DNA of 64,000 bases. Origin: Podarcis bocagei (taxonomy: Eukaryota). Under the pieces are notes generated by a model. It saw only the letters and a list, made by a program, of their open reading frames with translations. It ran no database searches and was not told the origin of the DNA. Positions 1 through 11,214 of this stretch are shown in pieces. Numbering within the stretch: position 1 is the first letter of the stretch; each line of letters begins with the position of its first letter. Made by a program: the position numbers and the translations under genes. The stretch is taken from the NCBI GenBank assembly GCA_964188305.1, contig OZ076889.1. The stretch is one strand, 5' to 3'.

Positions 1-132
1 CTCGCGCAAACTTCTTAAACAGCTTTTTAAAAAGCAGATCCTTCCAAATTTTTCTTCTTGTGCCTACTTAGGCATCTGCTCCCATTTATATGTTTTCCTC
101 CTGAATTAAACCAAGCCAGCACCTCCTAAGTT

Positions 133-475
133 GCTTCGAATCCTCACTCACCCACAGAGCACCCTGGGTGTGCACAAAGGGGTGAGCTCCCGTAGCTCTG
201 TCCCACCTCTTGCCAACCTAGCAGTTCGAAAGCACACCAGTGCAAGTAGATAAATAGGTACCGCTGCGGCGGGAAGGTAAACAGCGTTTCCATGCGCTCT
301 GGCACTCGTCACGGTGTCCTGTTCCGCCAGAAGCACTTTAGTCACGCTGGCCACATGACCCGGAAAGCTGTCTGTGGACAAACACTAGCTCCATTAGCCT
401 GAAAGTGAGATGAGCACCAGAGCCCAAAGTCGCCTTTGACTGGACTTAACTGTCCAAGGGTCCTTTACCTTTACC
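133..475 (+). mobile_element. Sauria SINE (5'-degraded)
   Basis: B-box-like TTCGAATCC near 135; body 'gcagttcgaaagcac...gtagataaataggtacc...ggccacatgacccggaa'; 3' tail ...CCTTTACCTTTAC typical of Sauria SINEs. Lies in an SZT2 intron. Confidence 0.8.
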
Positions 476-1606
476 CGTATAAGCCTTAAATATACTACTT
501 TAAAGAAGGGCCAGACAACTTATTTATTTGATGCCAAGATCCACTGTGATGGCTTAAAGTTATCCTAATTGTATCTCAGACACATGATTCTGTACTCAGA
601 AACCTCCAAGTCTAATGGCGGAGATGGGCGTTTTATTTTCCACTCTTCTGTGGAAATTGGCGTACGGCCTTTGCCTCCACCTCCCACAGCCACAAACTTC
701 CTCCACTTCCACATATGTTGAGTAGAACTTCAGGGGTGGTAGCACCTCACACATGGCCCTGCATGGTCCTCCTGAGACAGGAACTACAGGAGCCAGTCCT
801 ACTACATGCTGCTGCACCCCAATTTTCCTATAGTAGGGGAGGGTTGATTCTCCTGCTCACTGCAATTGGGAAGGCTGTGCAAATCAGACTTGCCACTGCT
901 ATCCTCTCTGGTAGAGAACCTCCTTGCAGTTCCAGACCTCCCTAACTCCAAGAGGTAAAGGACCTTGGCAGAGTTCTGCCAGACTTTTTAGTTTGCTTAT
1001 TTCTATCCTTTCTCTACTTTTTTGCCCTTTAGGAGTGTTAAGAGTAGAAAGTTTTTTGTTTCTCTTTTTTTTAAGAAAAAGGTTGCTGAGACAATTTAAA
1101 CTGATCACAGAGACACTGCAGCTGTGATGTTTCTCATCCAGGCAGGGGAGATCACCCTTGTGTTACTGATGGAATCTTTGGTGGATCCCTTTGAAAGGAC
1201 CTTCAACAGAAGCTAATGGAGGACCCACATGGAAACCACAGTCCCCATGAGCCACTGCTGTATTACTGTGCCCATTTTACCTGCATCTGAGATTGGCACA
1301 GTAGGCAATTTAGTAGCCAGGCAAGGTCCTCATCCAGCTAGCTCTCCTGCAGGTTGAAGCGAAAGGGCAAAAGGGCGAGCGTAGGTAAAAGGGCACCCAG
1401 GGTTCAGTGGCTAGCGACAGGGGCACTCTGGTGTTTTCTGTAAGGTATGACCTAGGTGCCTAGGTTGGATAACATCAGGCTACTTCCCTCACTACTTCCT
1501 TTTCTCTGTACTTTTCTGAACCCCCTCTATACAGCCCCATACAATAGTACTGCATCTTCCTTAGGCAACTGGCTTCAGGTCTGATTTCTCTCTCTGTTCG
1601 CCTTAG

Positions 1607-1820
1607 CTTTCTATGCTCTTCACGGAGGAGTGCGACAAGGTGCGTGATCTCATGCATGTGCACTCGTTCAGTTATGATTTCCACCTGCGCATCGTGCACC
1701 AGTACCTACTTGGATCCCATATGGCGCTGCGGCAAGGCTATCACCTCACCAGCTTTCTGGAAGACTTCATTGCCCAGCACCCTGACATCCCCAAGTTTGG
1801 ACGCAATCACATCTTCCAAG
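1607..1820 (+). CDS. SZT2: SZT2 internal coding exon ([28 protein letters not shown]...FGRNHIFQ)
   Basis: ttag| acceptor at 1605-1606 and |gtgag donor at 1821; 214 nt. Peptide matches the recalled C-terminal region of human SZT2. Confidence 0.95.
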
Positions 1821-2636
1821 GTGAGAACTTCTGGGGGCATTTGAGGAGATTTTAGACAGCTATAACTCTGCACAGCCAACTGCACCTGTTCTGTGGCCCC
1901 AGTAGATGGCTGTATTCCGAGAAGTCACAAAGGTCCTGTCATCATCTTCATCTCTGTCTTGGGACCTCTTGCTTTGCTTATAAGCTGTAAACCAGTCAGG
2001 TCCTAACAACAATGAGCTTTCCAATCTGACATAGACAAGTGGGAAGGAGGTTTTACTCTAGTAGAATAAAAACTCAGTGCTGCTGGCCCTCCTTTAGCAC
2101 ACTGGCTCCACATCGCGAAAGTACCTGGTTACATGAGCACAGGAGTATGCCAAAAATTTAAAGGACCTATAAAACCCTTCCTGTTTTTAACAACAGAAGG
2201 GCCTTTTGAACTCTGGAACCCAGTAGCTAAGAACCAGGGAGAAGCCGACTGTGTGGGCTTAAAGAGCTATTTTAATAAAACACTTTAAAGCAAGTGGCAC
2301 TCAAACAAGAAGTTGAAGGGAAACATTTTAGAAGATCATTTTAGAAGATCAGCAAAAAGGAAAATAAACCCAAAACAGCGTGCTGACATAAGTAGCCAAC
2401 AACTAACGGTGATTTAAAGGAACAAAGCAGGCATTTCCCTTGACCAGCAGAGGCTAAGGTTTGCTGGCAAACATCTGGAAGATGGTTGCACTATCTCTGA
2501 CGACAGCATCCAGAAGGACTCATTTCAGGTTTGTCTTGTGGAGCAGATAGACCTCTGTCCCCCAGACAGACTCCCAGAACCAAACGATCCTACGGCCATA
2601 AGCAAACATATGGTAATCCTTCCACTTCTCCTACAG

Positions 2637-2820
2637 GTGCGCTGACCTTGCCTACCAGCTCCATTACAGCACACCAGCTGTACAACTATATAACTGACCA
2701 CGCCAACACCTATCATATGAAACCACTGCGCATGGCCAAACCAGGAACTAGCGCTGAGGGCAAGAAGGGCACTCCCAGCCCTGAGCAAAATGAGTATGCC
2801 CTAGTCTCCATCTGGAACAG
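2637..2820 (+). CDS. SZT2: SZT2 coding exon ([37 protein letters not shown]...[10 protein letters not shown]); GC donor
   Basis: ctacag| acceptor; AG|GCAAGT donor at 2821; 184 nt; phase joins the 1607-1820 and 4796-4918 exons. Confidence 0.93.
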
Positions 2821-4795
2821 GCAAGTGATTTCCAGGCTGCTCTGATAATCTCTTGTCTCAGTGCCACTTACGACACTTGTCTGTGAGCCCCACTCCCTAA
2901 ACTTCATGTGCCATGCATCTTCTTCCACCTTCGTCATTCAAAAGGCCGCCAGGTATCTCACCTTTTATGTCTTTCTGCAATGATGATGATGATGATGATT
3001 ATGAGGATGCACCTAACATAGCTAGGCACTGCACAAAGATTAAATAATTCAGGTTCTGCCTAAGGCTTTATATTGTGTTACCTAGGACTTAACCCACTAG
3101 GTCCAAGACTGGCAAAAATGCATTTTGAATGATTGCAAATGAATTATTTGTTTTATGTGATTTAGGGAAAAAGAGATTTTTATTTGCAGAAGTCCAATAA
3201 GGTACTGTCAGTATTTGATTTACAAAGGAAGTATTTAATTTCAGGTGCTACAAGAAGGCATTTCATTTTGTACTCAACTCTTTAGCCCTCCACAACTAAC
3301 ATCCTTTATTATAGAATAAGCTTTTGTAGGCTAGAGTCTATTTTTTTCAGATGCATGGTGGCCTGGAAATACAGACCACACTTCTCCGACGCTGTTTAAC
3401 TCTCTAAATTTTTTATTTTTTATTTTTATTTTACTCTAGTCATTATTATTATTCCTAGTCACTTACCTGAATTTTGCTTATTGCGGAGTCTCGCATTGAT
3501 TCTCAATCAGTCAAAAGCAACCAAGGACAATCCCGCCAACCAATTTTTACTGCTGCTGACAGTTGAGGAGAGGATACGGATAAAACGTTTGCCTCTAGAG
3601 ACCGTGTTTGTGTTTTGCTAACATAGAATTTCTGATTCTTTTTGAGAAACCTCATGTGAGCAACTTGGCATTCAGATTACCGACTATTGTTTTCCTTCCT
3701 TGGATTGAACCGACCCTTGTCTCTTTGGTGCCACATTTTTTAACGGCTGCCACCAGAATCCCATTCCCACAGGGTGCTTTATCCTCTTCAAAAGAAATCC
3801 AATTTTGTCAACTTCTTTTGGAATACAACACAGCCACACTGGCTCCAGGTATGGCACAAGTAAGCCTAGCTTTTGCCTACCTGTGTATTAGGTTCTTGAT
3901 TGAAACACCAAACAGTCTCTTCCAGGTGGCATTAGCTTTTTGATCTCACACAGGTGGGACAAGGTCCCACAACTTTTCCCACCTGCCTAGTCCTTGATAC
4001 TGGATGCCCATGGATTTCTTAGATTTGCTTTTCAGGATAGAACAACCTTCTTACCAGCTTAGCTGTGACATGCTGGTGTTTTATGCCAGTTGCTCTGAAA
4101 CTAGACACAGCAGTCCATTAAAAGACTTGAGCATTCAGAGATGGAGGAAATGTCAAATGTGGGGCATTTTTCACAAAATACTTGTGTGTACAAACCTTTT
4201 CTAGCACTGGGGAGGCTTCAAACACTAGCTTTCTGCATTACCAGGCTGCTGCAGTTACCAATATCTGTTTGCAAAACAGACATGATTATAATAAAATAAA
4301 CAAGACACAAATACAAAGTTTGTTATGCTGCTTGCATGGTAGTATAAGGTGCAGATGTCTGTTCTGGGGCATATATTCCTGGACTGAGAAACTTGACACA
4401 GAATGGTCCTTGTATCAGGTTCATCTGTTGGCTTTCTGATGTGTAATGTATCCTACAACTCCAAACTCTCTGATGTATTCCTAGCCACTGATTTTTCTCT
4501 CCTAAATTGCTTTGATTTTATTTTTGCCTAAACTGTACTACCTGGCAATGGGGCTATGAACCCAAAAGCTGACACGTATGTCCAACTCTCACTCACATCA
4601 TTCTACAGTGGTGAGTCAAGTCACGGGTGTAACACTGCTGTTCTACACCCCCACCCCCCTCACTTGTAGGAAACAATAGGGTCTATTTTTGGTTCAATTG
4701 AACTACCCGCTGCAATGCAGTCCACACTGTGGCCCAAAAGGACTGCAGCTGCTTTCTTGACCATGTAGAGAACCCCTTGCATTCTTCCCTTACAG

Positions 4796-4918
4796 CTCTG
4801 GCTCCTACAAGGATTCGGAGGGGTTGCGTCACCACGACGACTTCGATGTCTCCATGCTTGTCTTCCACAATGCTGCTCCCTTTGAGGAGCAAAGTGAGTC
4901 AGAGCGACATATGCTAAG
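4796..4918 (+). CDS. SZT2: SZT2 coding exon ([41 protein letters not shown])
   Basis: ttacag| acceptor, |gtaag donor; 123 nt; phase-consistent; homologous to SZT2. Confidence 0.94.
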
Positions 4919-5057
4919 GTAAGAGATGAACTGGGAAATTGCAAGTCAGGGGGAAAGCCACTTGTCTGAGCAATTACAAGGTCGAACAGCCTTGACTGTT
5001 CAGACATGCAGTGTGCTAAAAAAGAAGAATTGAGCAGCTTATTGGCAGCTGGGTGAT

Positions 5058-5540
5058 TAATAATAATAATAATAATAATAAATTTTTATTTATACCCTGC
5101 CCTCCCCAGCCAGAGCCGGGCTCAGGACAGCTAACACCAATAAAATCACAGTAAAAACATAATAGGGGGCGGGTAACCAATTTAAAACACAGGTTAAAAT
5201 GCAATTTAAAATGCAGCCTCATTTTAAAAGTAGCCAATAAATCAAGACCATAAGGGGAGGGAAACATAAGGGTCAGACTGAGTCCAAACCAAGGCCAGGT
5301 GGAACAGCTCTGTCTTGCAGGCCCTGCAGAAAGATGTCAAGTCCCGCAGGGCCCTAGTCTCTTGTGACAGAGCGTTCCACCAAGTCGGGGCCAGTACTGA
5401 ATAGGCCCTGGCCCTAGTTGAGACCAATCTAACCACCTTGCGACCTGGGACCTCCAAAATGTTGTCATTTGTGGACCTTAAGGGCCTTATGTTTGGGCTG
5501 CAGGGAACCAGTCTAGGCCACGGGTTGACCAGGTACTTAA
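5058..5540 (-). mobile_element. L2-clade LINE 3' fragment with simple-repeat tail
   Basis: Minus-strand peptide 'RARAYSVLAPTWWNALSQETRALRDLTSFCRACKTELF' is a typical L2 ORF2 C-terminus; (AAT)n tail at 5058-5081. Confidence 0.75.
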
Positions 5541-5654
5541 TGGACACGTGGAGAGCAGTACAATTACTGTCTATCCGCAAGAGGCCACACTGTGGGGCAG
5601 TTGGTGAGCGAGATAGGCAGTGAGCTGCAATGGCAACTGTTCCCTTCCTCCCAG

Positions 5655-6144
5655 GTTGCACTTCTACGTGATCATGACAAGCCAACGGGAGCTGTTTCCA
5701 CGACTAACGGCCGACATGCGCCGTTTCAAAAAGCTGCCACGCCTGCAACGGGACACGCTGGAGCCAGTTCTGGGACGTGCCGCTTGGGAGACGGCAGAGG
5801 GGGGCTGGCAGCGGAAGGAAGTGCCAGAGCCCTGGGAGGAGGTGGAGGACAGTGGGGAGTTCTATGCAGGAGGTCCCCAGGTCAAGGTGGGCCCCGGGCT
5901 CTTCTACACATCCCCGCTCTTCCCGCTTCTTGCCTCCGAGGTGGCTGCTGCCCAGAAGCAGCTCAGCAGCATGGTGCAGCTGGCCAAGTGCCACTGCCGC
6001 CGAGACAACCTCTGGAAGAGGCTCTTCCTGCTTGAGCCGCTGGCCTCTGACAAGCTCAAGCTGGGCAAGCTCTCCCTCGGCGAGTTGGAGGAGCTGCTGG
6101 ACGCCGTGCACAGGAAATCGATTGCTGACATTGATCCCCAGCTG
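5655..6144 (+). CDS. SZT2: SZT2 coding exon ([24 protein letters not shown]...[15 protein letters not shown]...[10 protein letters not shown])
   Basis: cccag| acceptor, |gtgagt donor; 490 nt; lies within ORF 5620..6153. Confidence 0.96.
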
Positions 6145-6375
6145 GTGAGTTGAGCTGGTTGAGTCAGTGGGGGTGCATGTTGTATGGGTGTACGCACACT
6201 TGTGACATACTGTGGCGGGCAGAAAACACTCAAGGGACCCCAGCATGGTCCAAGCTATGGGGCGCTAAAGAATGCAAGAGCCCTGCTGGACCAGACCAGA
6301 GCCCATCTCATCTAGCAGTCTATTCTCTCAGTGGACATCCGGTGGCTTACGTTCATTTGTCTCTCTTTGTGGCAG

Positions 6376-6492
6376 AGTTGCTTCCTCACCATGACAGTCT
6401 CCTGGTACCAGTCTCTTATCAAGGTGCTGCTGAGCCGTTTCCCCCAGAGCTGCCGCCATTTCCAGAACGCAGATGCTGGCACTCAGTACCTG
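6376..6492 (+). CDS. SZT2: SZT2 coding exon ([39 protein letters not shown])
   Basis: ggcag| acceptor, |gtaagt donor; 117 nt, phase 0. Confidence 0.95.
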
Positions 6493-6894
6493 GTAAGTCC
6501 CTTCCAGCATCATTTTCTCCAGCTGTGGGCCTCTCCCTGCTAACCCGTTTTCCCGTCAGTTAAATCAAGAGTGAACTTTGATCATTTTGCTTGGTCAGGT
6601 TTGGCATTCTCACTCATCAGTTCCAGCTCCCCTTGGCTCGACAATGGAAAGAAATTCTGAAATGCAGTCCTTCAGGTTTCTTTCCTTATTAGAAGCTGCC
6701 CTCTAGTTACTGGAAGGCTGTTTCAGTCCAGGATTTGGAGGTGGGTGGGTGGGATCAAGAGGCTTTATGGACTTCTGTTCCCCTTGCCCACTGGTTTTTT
6801 CCTACCCATCTGCCCTACCCCCCAGAAAAAGGTTCTGACCCTCCCAGTGGGAACAATGCAATTATTGCCTTGCTTTCTTTAATGTGGGGGATGA

Positions 6895-7089
<195 letters not shown>

Positions 7090-7310
7090 TAAAACTTCTG
7101 AGCCCTGGGGCTGCTGTTTTGGCTTTGAACGTCTAACTAGCTCTGCTAACTCAAATGTCCTGAAGTTATCCTATCTGAACAGCCTTCCCAAGAGGAGTCT
7201 TTGGCCTAAGGAAAGCCTATCGGTGAGCTTTGTTGCTTACCTACGGGCAGATGGCTAGATCCCCGTGCCTTGCTAGTGCCATTAGTTAACCCAGCTGTCT
7301 TTCTTTGCAG

Positions 7311-7454
7311 AGCCTGACCGTGGTGTTTCGAGAACCATTCCCAGTACAGCCCCAGAACAGCGAGAGCCCCTTGCCGCAGCTGGTGTCCACGTACCACCAT
7401 CTGGAATCGGTCATAAACACAGCTTGCTTCAATCTCTGGACAGGGCTGCTCTAG
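7311..7454 (+). CDS. SZT2: SZT2 terminal coding exon ([15 protein letters not shown]...[19 protein letters not shown])
   Basis: Polypyrimidine tract plus tgcag| acceptor; TAG stop at 7452-7454; matches the recalled SZT2 C-terminus. Confidence 0.96.
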   Translation, partial: SLTVVFREPFPVQPQNSESPLPQLVSTYHHLESVINTACFNLWTGLL

Positions 7455-7885
7455 TGTTGGTTGGCTCCTTCCACCTGGGGCACGCTGCACAGGCCCAGCT
7501 GGGGCGAAGAGAGCACCGCAAGTGGCAGAAGCACACATGGGGGACCGTAGTGGGTGATGTGAGGCTACAGCTGGCTGGGTAAGAGCTTCGTTAGGACATT
7601 TTGATGAGATGAACAGAATCAAGGAGGGGGACCGCTCTGGAGACCAGAGCACAGCCTTAAGGGGGGGGGCGGTAAGCACCTTCCCTAAAAAACTGCAGGA
7701 TGAGGCATATATGGACGGATGTGCCACCTTCCCTTGGGCACTTTGGCGCCAGGGCTCAAGGCAAGTGGAGCTGCTGACGTGGCCTGGCGCTTTTAAGAGT
7801 GACTCACTGGATGGGTTTTAGCGAGAGGGAACTGCACAATGATGGGAATTTTTATATATATATGAAGTGAATGTACAGTAAATTA

Positions 7886-7916
7886 AATAAAATGGATCAT
7901 TAATTATAACAATAAA
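7886..7916 (+). terminator. SZT2: Candidate SZT2 polyadenylation signals (AATAAA at 7886 and 7911)
   Basis: Two canonical hexamers about 430-460 nt after the stop, followed by T-rich sequence. Confidence 0.65.
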
Positions 7917-8556
7917 AATCTTTTGTCATAGCTTTTCCCCTACAAGCTGCTGAGTTTATCCCTGGCGCGAAGCGAAGTAGGTTCCCTCCAGCCTGCCAGA
8001 ATGGCGTGTCTGCTAGGATGCACTGCAGGGACCAGTGCCAGGGTCTTACTCCAGGCTTGCATGATGGTGCCAGTTTCTTTTCTAAGGAAGTTGGTTCTGG
8101 TTCAGATTGAATTGTGCCACTTGTGTCTCCCTATGGTTATACGCTGCAGTGTAAGATCTGGAATGCAAGTAATTTAAGCGGCAGCATGCAGATAGAACCT
8201 AGAGGCTAAGATGCCCCTTTAAATCTAGGAAATCTCATCCGGGGCCACTAAGTGGTACTAAAGAGCTAGATCTGAAGAGGCAGGGACTTCCCTTCCTTTG
8301 CACCACACTAGTCCCCATTCTTGTGAAAGGCATGCCAGCATCACTGCTTAGTGTGATTCCAGGAAGGTGAACTTTCCTTTTTAGTGGGTCAACCTTTATA
8401 ACTGCAATGAGTAATTAAAAAAAAAAAAGATATATTTCTTACTGGAAAGACCGGGCAGGAATGTAATCTGTTCAGGAACACAAAGTGACACAAGAGTGAA
8501 GCCTTTAGCCATTCCAGGACTTGAGTTGGAGCAAGACCCTAGGAATGCTATTTTGT

Positions 8557-8562
8557 TTTATT
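8557..8562 (-). terminator. HYI: Candidate HYI polyadenylation signal (AATAAA on - strand)
   Basis: TTTATT on + strand about 130 nt downstream of the HYI stop. Confidence 0.55.
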
Positions 8563-8689
8563 AGGAGGCAAAATGCATCCAGGAGAGAGACAAACAAAAG
8601 AACATTGCCTTTCCAAGTTGGCATGTAGGAGATTGCACTCTACCTCTGATGCTCTTTAGTCCAGTTTTTCAGCTGCTGAACTTAACCCC

Positions 8690-8763
8690 TCAGCTTCCAC
8701 TATCCAGTACACCATGACTCTTCCAGTATGAGTGCAGCCAGCCCAGCCCCTTCAATGTGCCTT
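8690..8763 (-). CDS. HYI: HYI exon 8, terminal (EGTLKGLGWLHSYWKSHGVLDSGS*)
   Basis: ttacag| acceptor; TGA stop at 8692-8690; aligns to recalled human GDTVEGLSWLRSYW. Confidence 0.9.
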
Positions 8764-8958
8764 CTGTAAGGGAAGCCAAAAGCATCAGCAACAGCAATTT
8801 TGCACTTCTTCAGCACCACCACCCTGCCCAGTTTTGGTAGTTGTGAAGCAGAGAAACAGTGGGTTATATCAGCAGCCTAAAAATTTCCCAGCTACAACGC
8901 TTCATTTCACACAGCAAAATCTCCCCCCATTCCCTTGGGATAATTTAAGCAGACTTGC

Positions 8959-9093
8959 CTTTGGGCTTGTACTCGCATCCTACGAAGCCACTGTAACTCA
9001 TTGACTCCAGCAGCTGGAAGAGGTAAGGGAAGTTTAATTCGCCAGGGCTGTCGGGCTCATGCCGTCCTGGTACCTGGGCAAACTGAACGTGTC
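8959..9093 (-). CDS. HYI: HYI exon 7 ([45 protein letters not shown]); GC donor
   Basis: ctgcag| acceptor; AG|GCAAGT donor; 135 nt; Hyi-family HVQ-A--PGR-EP and GCEY-P motifs. Confidence 0.95.
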
Positions 9094-9265
9094 CTGCAGA
9101 GAAAGAAGGTAACCATCAGGGACAAATGAAGGACTAGGCATAGGGGTCTGACTGGAACTATTTTGACACTACAGAAGCATCTGCCCCTTTGCTTAGGAAC
9201 AACCCCTGCAAGGCATTCCAGTTTTGAAGCCATACTAGGGAGCAACTGAACCTTTCCTGACTTAC

Positions 9266-9335
9266 CAATAATTGGGAAGTACTCTTCCAAGTTCTGAGTC
9301 AGGTTACCATCCATGATCTGGCAGTGGAAAATGTC
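9266..9335 (-). CDS. HYI: HYI exon 6 (DIFHCQIMDGNLTQNLEEYFPII)
   Basis: ccacag| acceptor, |gtaag donor; 70 nt; D-x-x-H motif. Confidence 0.95.
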
Positions 9336-9584
9336 CTGTGGAGTAAACATAAAAAGGCTCAGTCTAGCTGCCTTCCAAGAGGCTGGACTAGGCCTCCCAT
9401 CAGGCCCAGCCAAAATGGCCAATGGGGGGGGGGGGAATTTGGAGGGCAGTAGGTTGGGGATGCCTGCTGTTGAGCCTCTCTCATCCCTCTGGTGGGCTCT
9501 TGTTGCACCAACCAGTGTAATAAGATCTCTAAGCCCAACACCCACTTCTATGGCTGAATCCAGGTTTTCCTCAGTGACACTCAC

Positions 9585-9634
9585 CAGCTGCAGCTTCAGG
9601 CTGGGGCTTCCCACCTTCTTCAAAATGGCAGCAG
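9585..9634 (-). CDS. HYI: HYI exon 5 (AAAILKKVGSPSLKLQL)
   Basis: ttcag| acceptor, |gtgagt donor; 50 nt. Confidence 0.94.
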
Positions 9635-9747
9635 CTGAATAAAAATGGAGATGCACAATATCACAACTGATTCTGGGGGCGGGAGCAATTTGCTCCATTT
9701 CCTGTCATCGTGCAGTCCCAAAGCCCATTATCCAGCAACTTCTAGAA

Positions 9748-10020
9748 CATGAGTGCAGAACCTGTGGCCCTTCAGATGTTGCTGTATTCAATCTCCTATT
9801 GGCCCCAGTCAGTGTGGCCAGCGGTGAGGGATGAAGAGTTGTAGTTCAGCAACATCTAGGGGGGTCACAGGTTTCCCACCCTTGCTTTAGAATTGTGTAT
9901 CCAAAACTTGGGGCTCTTGCTGCTTTTGAACTGCAGTTCCCATCGTCCCTGACCTGCTAGCTGTGGATGATGGGAGTTGTAGTCCTAAAACAGCTGGAGA
10001 CCCAAGTTTGGGAAACACCG
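9748..10020. mobile_element. Two adjacent ~130-bp palindromic hAT-type MITEs (9748-9884 and 9893-10020)
   Basis: Imperfect inverted repeats with a 'gatgggagttgtagt'-type core; 8-bp target sites ttctagaa / ctttagaa / ctttagaa. Confidence 0.7.
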
Positions 10021-10078
10021 CTTTAGAAGGACAATTCCCTATCTGTGGAGAAGGGAGGAGTCTTAGGCCATGGCCTAC

Positions 10079-10157
10079 CTTGCTCTGGAGTAGTCAAGAA
10101 GTAACGGGGATCAGTAATCCGGCTATTAATAGGCTCCAATAATCCAGTGATCTTTTC
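10079..10157 (-). CDS. HYI: HYI exon 4 (EKITGLLEPINSRITDPRYFLTTPEQ)
   Basis: ttgcag| acceptor, |gtagg donor; 79 nt; LEPIN catalytic motif. Confidence 0.95.
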
Positions 10158-10503
10158 CTGCAATACCAGAGCAAGGAAATGGAAGAATAGCCACTCAGTG
10201 CCTTAGGCTAGCAAGCGAAGGAAAATTGCTGCTGGGCAGCTCACCTCTTTTATATTATTTCTTGTCACTGGCCAGTTTCCTAACCACGGCCACCAGTGCC
10301 CAACCACTCCTGTGTGCCCTCCTGCCAGGCCTGACTAATAACTGGGGTGGAGCTTCTTTAAGCAGGTCTTGCTAACACTTTGCCTCTTGGGTTCTCTGGA
10401 GCATTTGTCTCACCCCCAAATGGAATCACTGTTGAATAGGCACCTCACCCTTCTGATGAAGCAGTGCAGCTTGCTGCTTAAGAGGCATCTACCCAGCCCC
10501 TAC

Positions 10504-10618
10504 CTGAGCCAGGATGTCAGCAGCATATCTGAGGTTCTCAATGAAGGTGGCTTCCATCTCTGCTGACACTTCCTCCCTCTTAGCACCCAAAGGAATTCGC
10601 CCGGCCATAATGTGGATC
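10504..10618 (-). CDS. HYI: HYI exon 3 (RIHIMAGRIPLGAKREEVSAEMEATFIENLRYAADILAQ)
   Basis: ttacag| acceptor, |gtagg donor; 115 nt. Confidence 0.95.
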
Positions 10619-11214
10619 CTGTAAGCAAAAGGCTGGATCAGGATGGAAGAGGGACAGAAGCAGCGGTGCTGACGGCTTTCTGCCCTCAAGGCATCCACGA
10701 TGCTGATATGATGCTACTGAAGTGAAAGCTGTCTCATGCCCGCTTTAATTTCCCCCTGAGGAGATGCACTGACCCACGAAGCCACCTCCAGCACTCAGCA
10801 ATCAACACACATCGCTACACCAGGGTTTCAGCTGGGATAAGCTAACACCTGCGACATGTAATAGGAATGACAAGAACGTCTGTATCAAAATCATACAAAC
10901 TATACTCTCTTATTTACCATGAGCTCACCTAGCTTGGCATAGATTATGAGCTCACAAACAGCACCCACAGGCCAGATATGCAAAATCACTATAGGCAGAC
11001 TGACAGAACCTTAGTAAAAATAAAAAAATTCCTTCCAGTAGCACCTTAAAGACCAACTAAGTTAGTAGTATTTGATCACCATGCTGGACACACACACAAT
11101 CAGTTGGGTAGGAATGATGATGTGCTTTCACCATTTCCATGCATGTGTTGCTTGAGGATGAATGGGATTTCTAACTAATTGGTGGTATCTAAAATAGTTA
11201 GTAGTCATGTGTAG

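Noticed and set aside
598-840. Possible additional SZT2 exon after the cag at 597-599
   Set aside because: All three frames stop early and none resembles the expected upstream SZT2 peptide; the preceding exon appears to lie outside the window.
5704-6246. 180-aa antisense ORF and other overlapping ORFs
   Set aside because: Shadow ORFs of the GC-rich SZT2 exon.
9057-9698. 213-aa minus-strand ORF
   Set aside because: It is HYI exons 5 and 6 read through an in-frame intron plus flanking intron sequence, not a separate gene.
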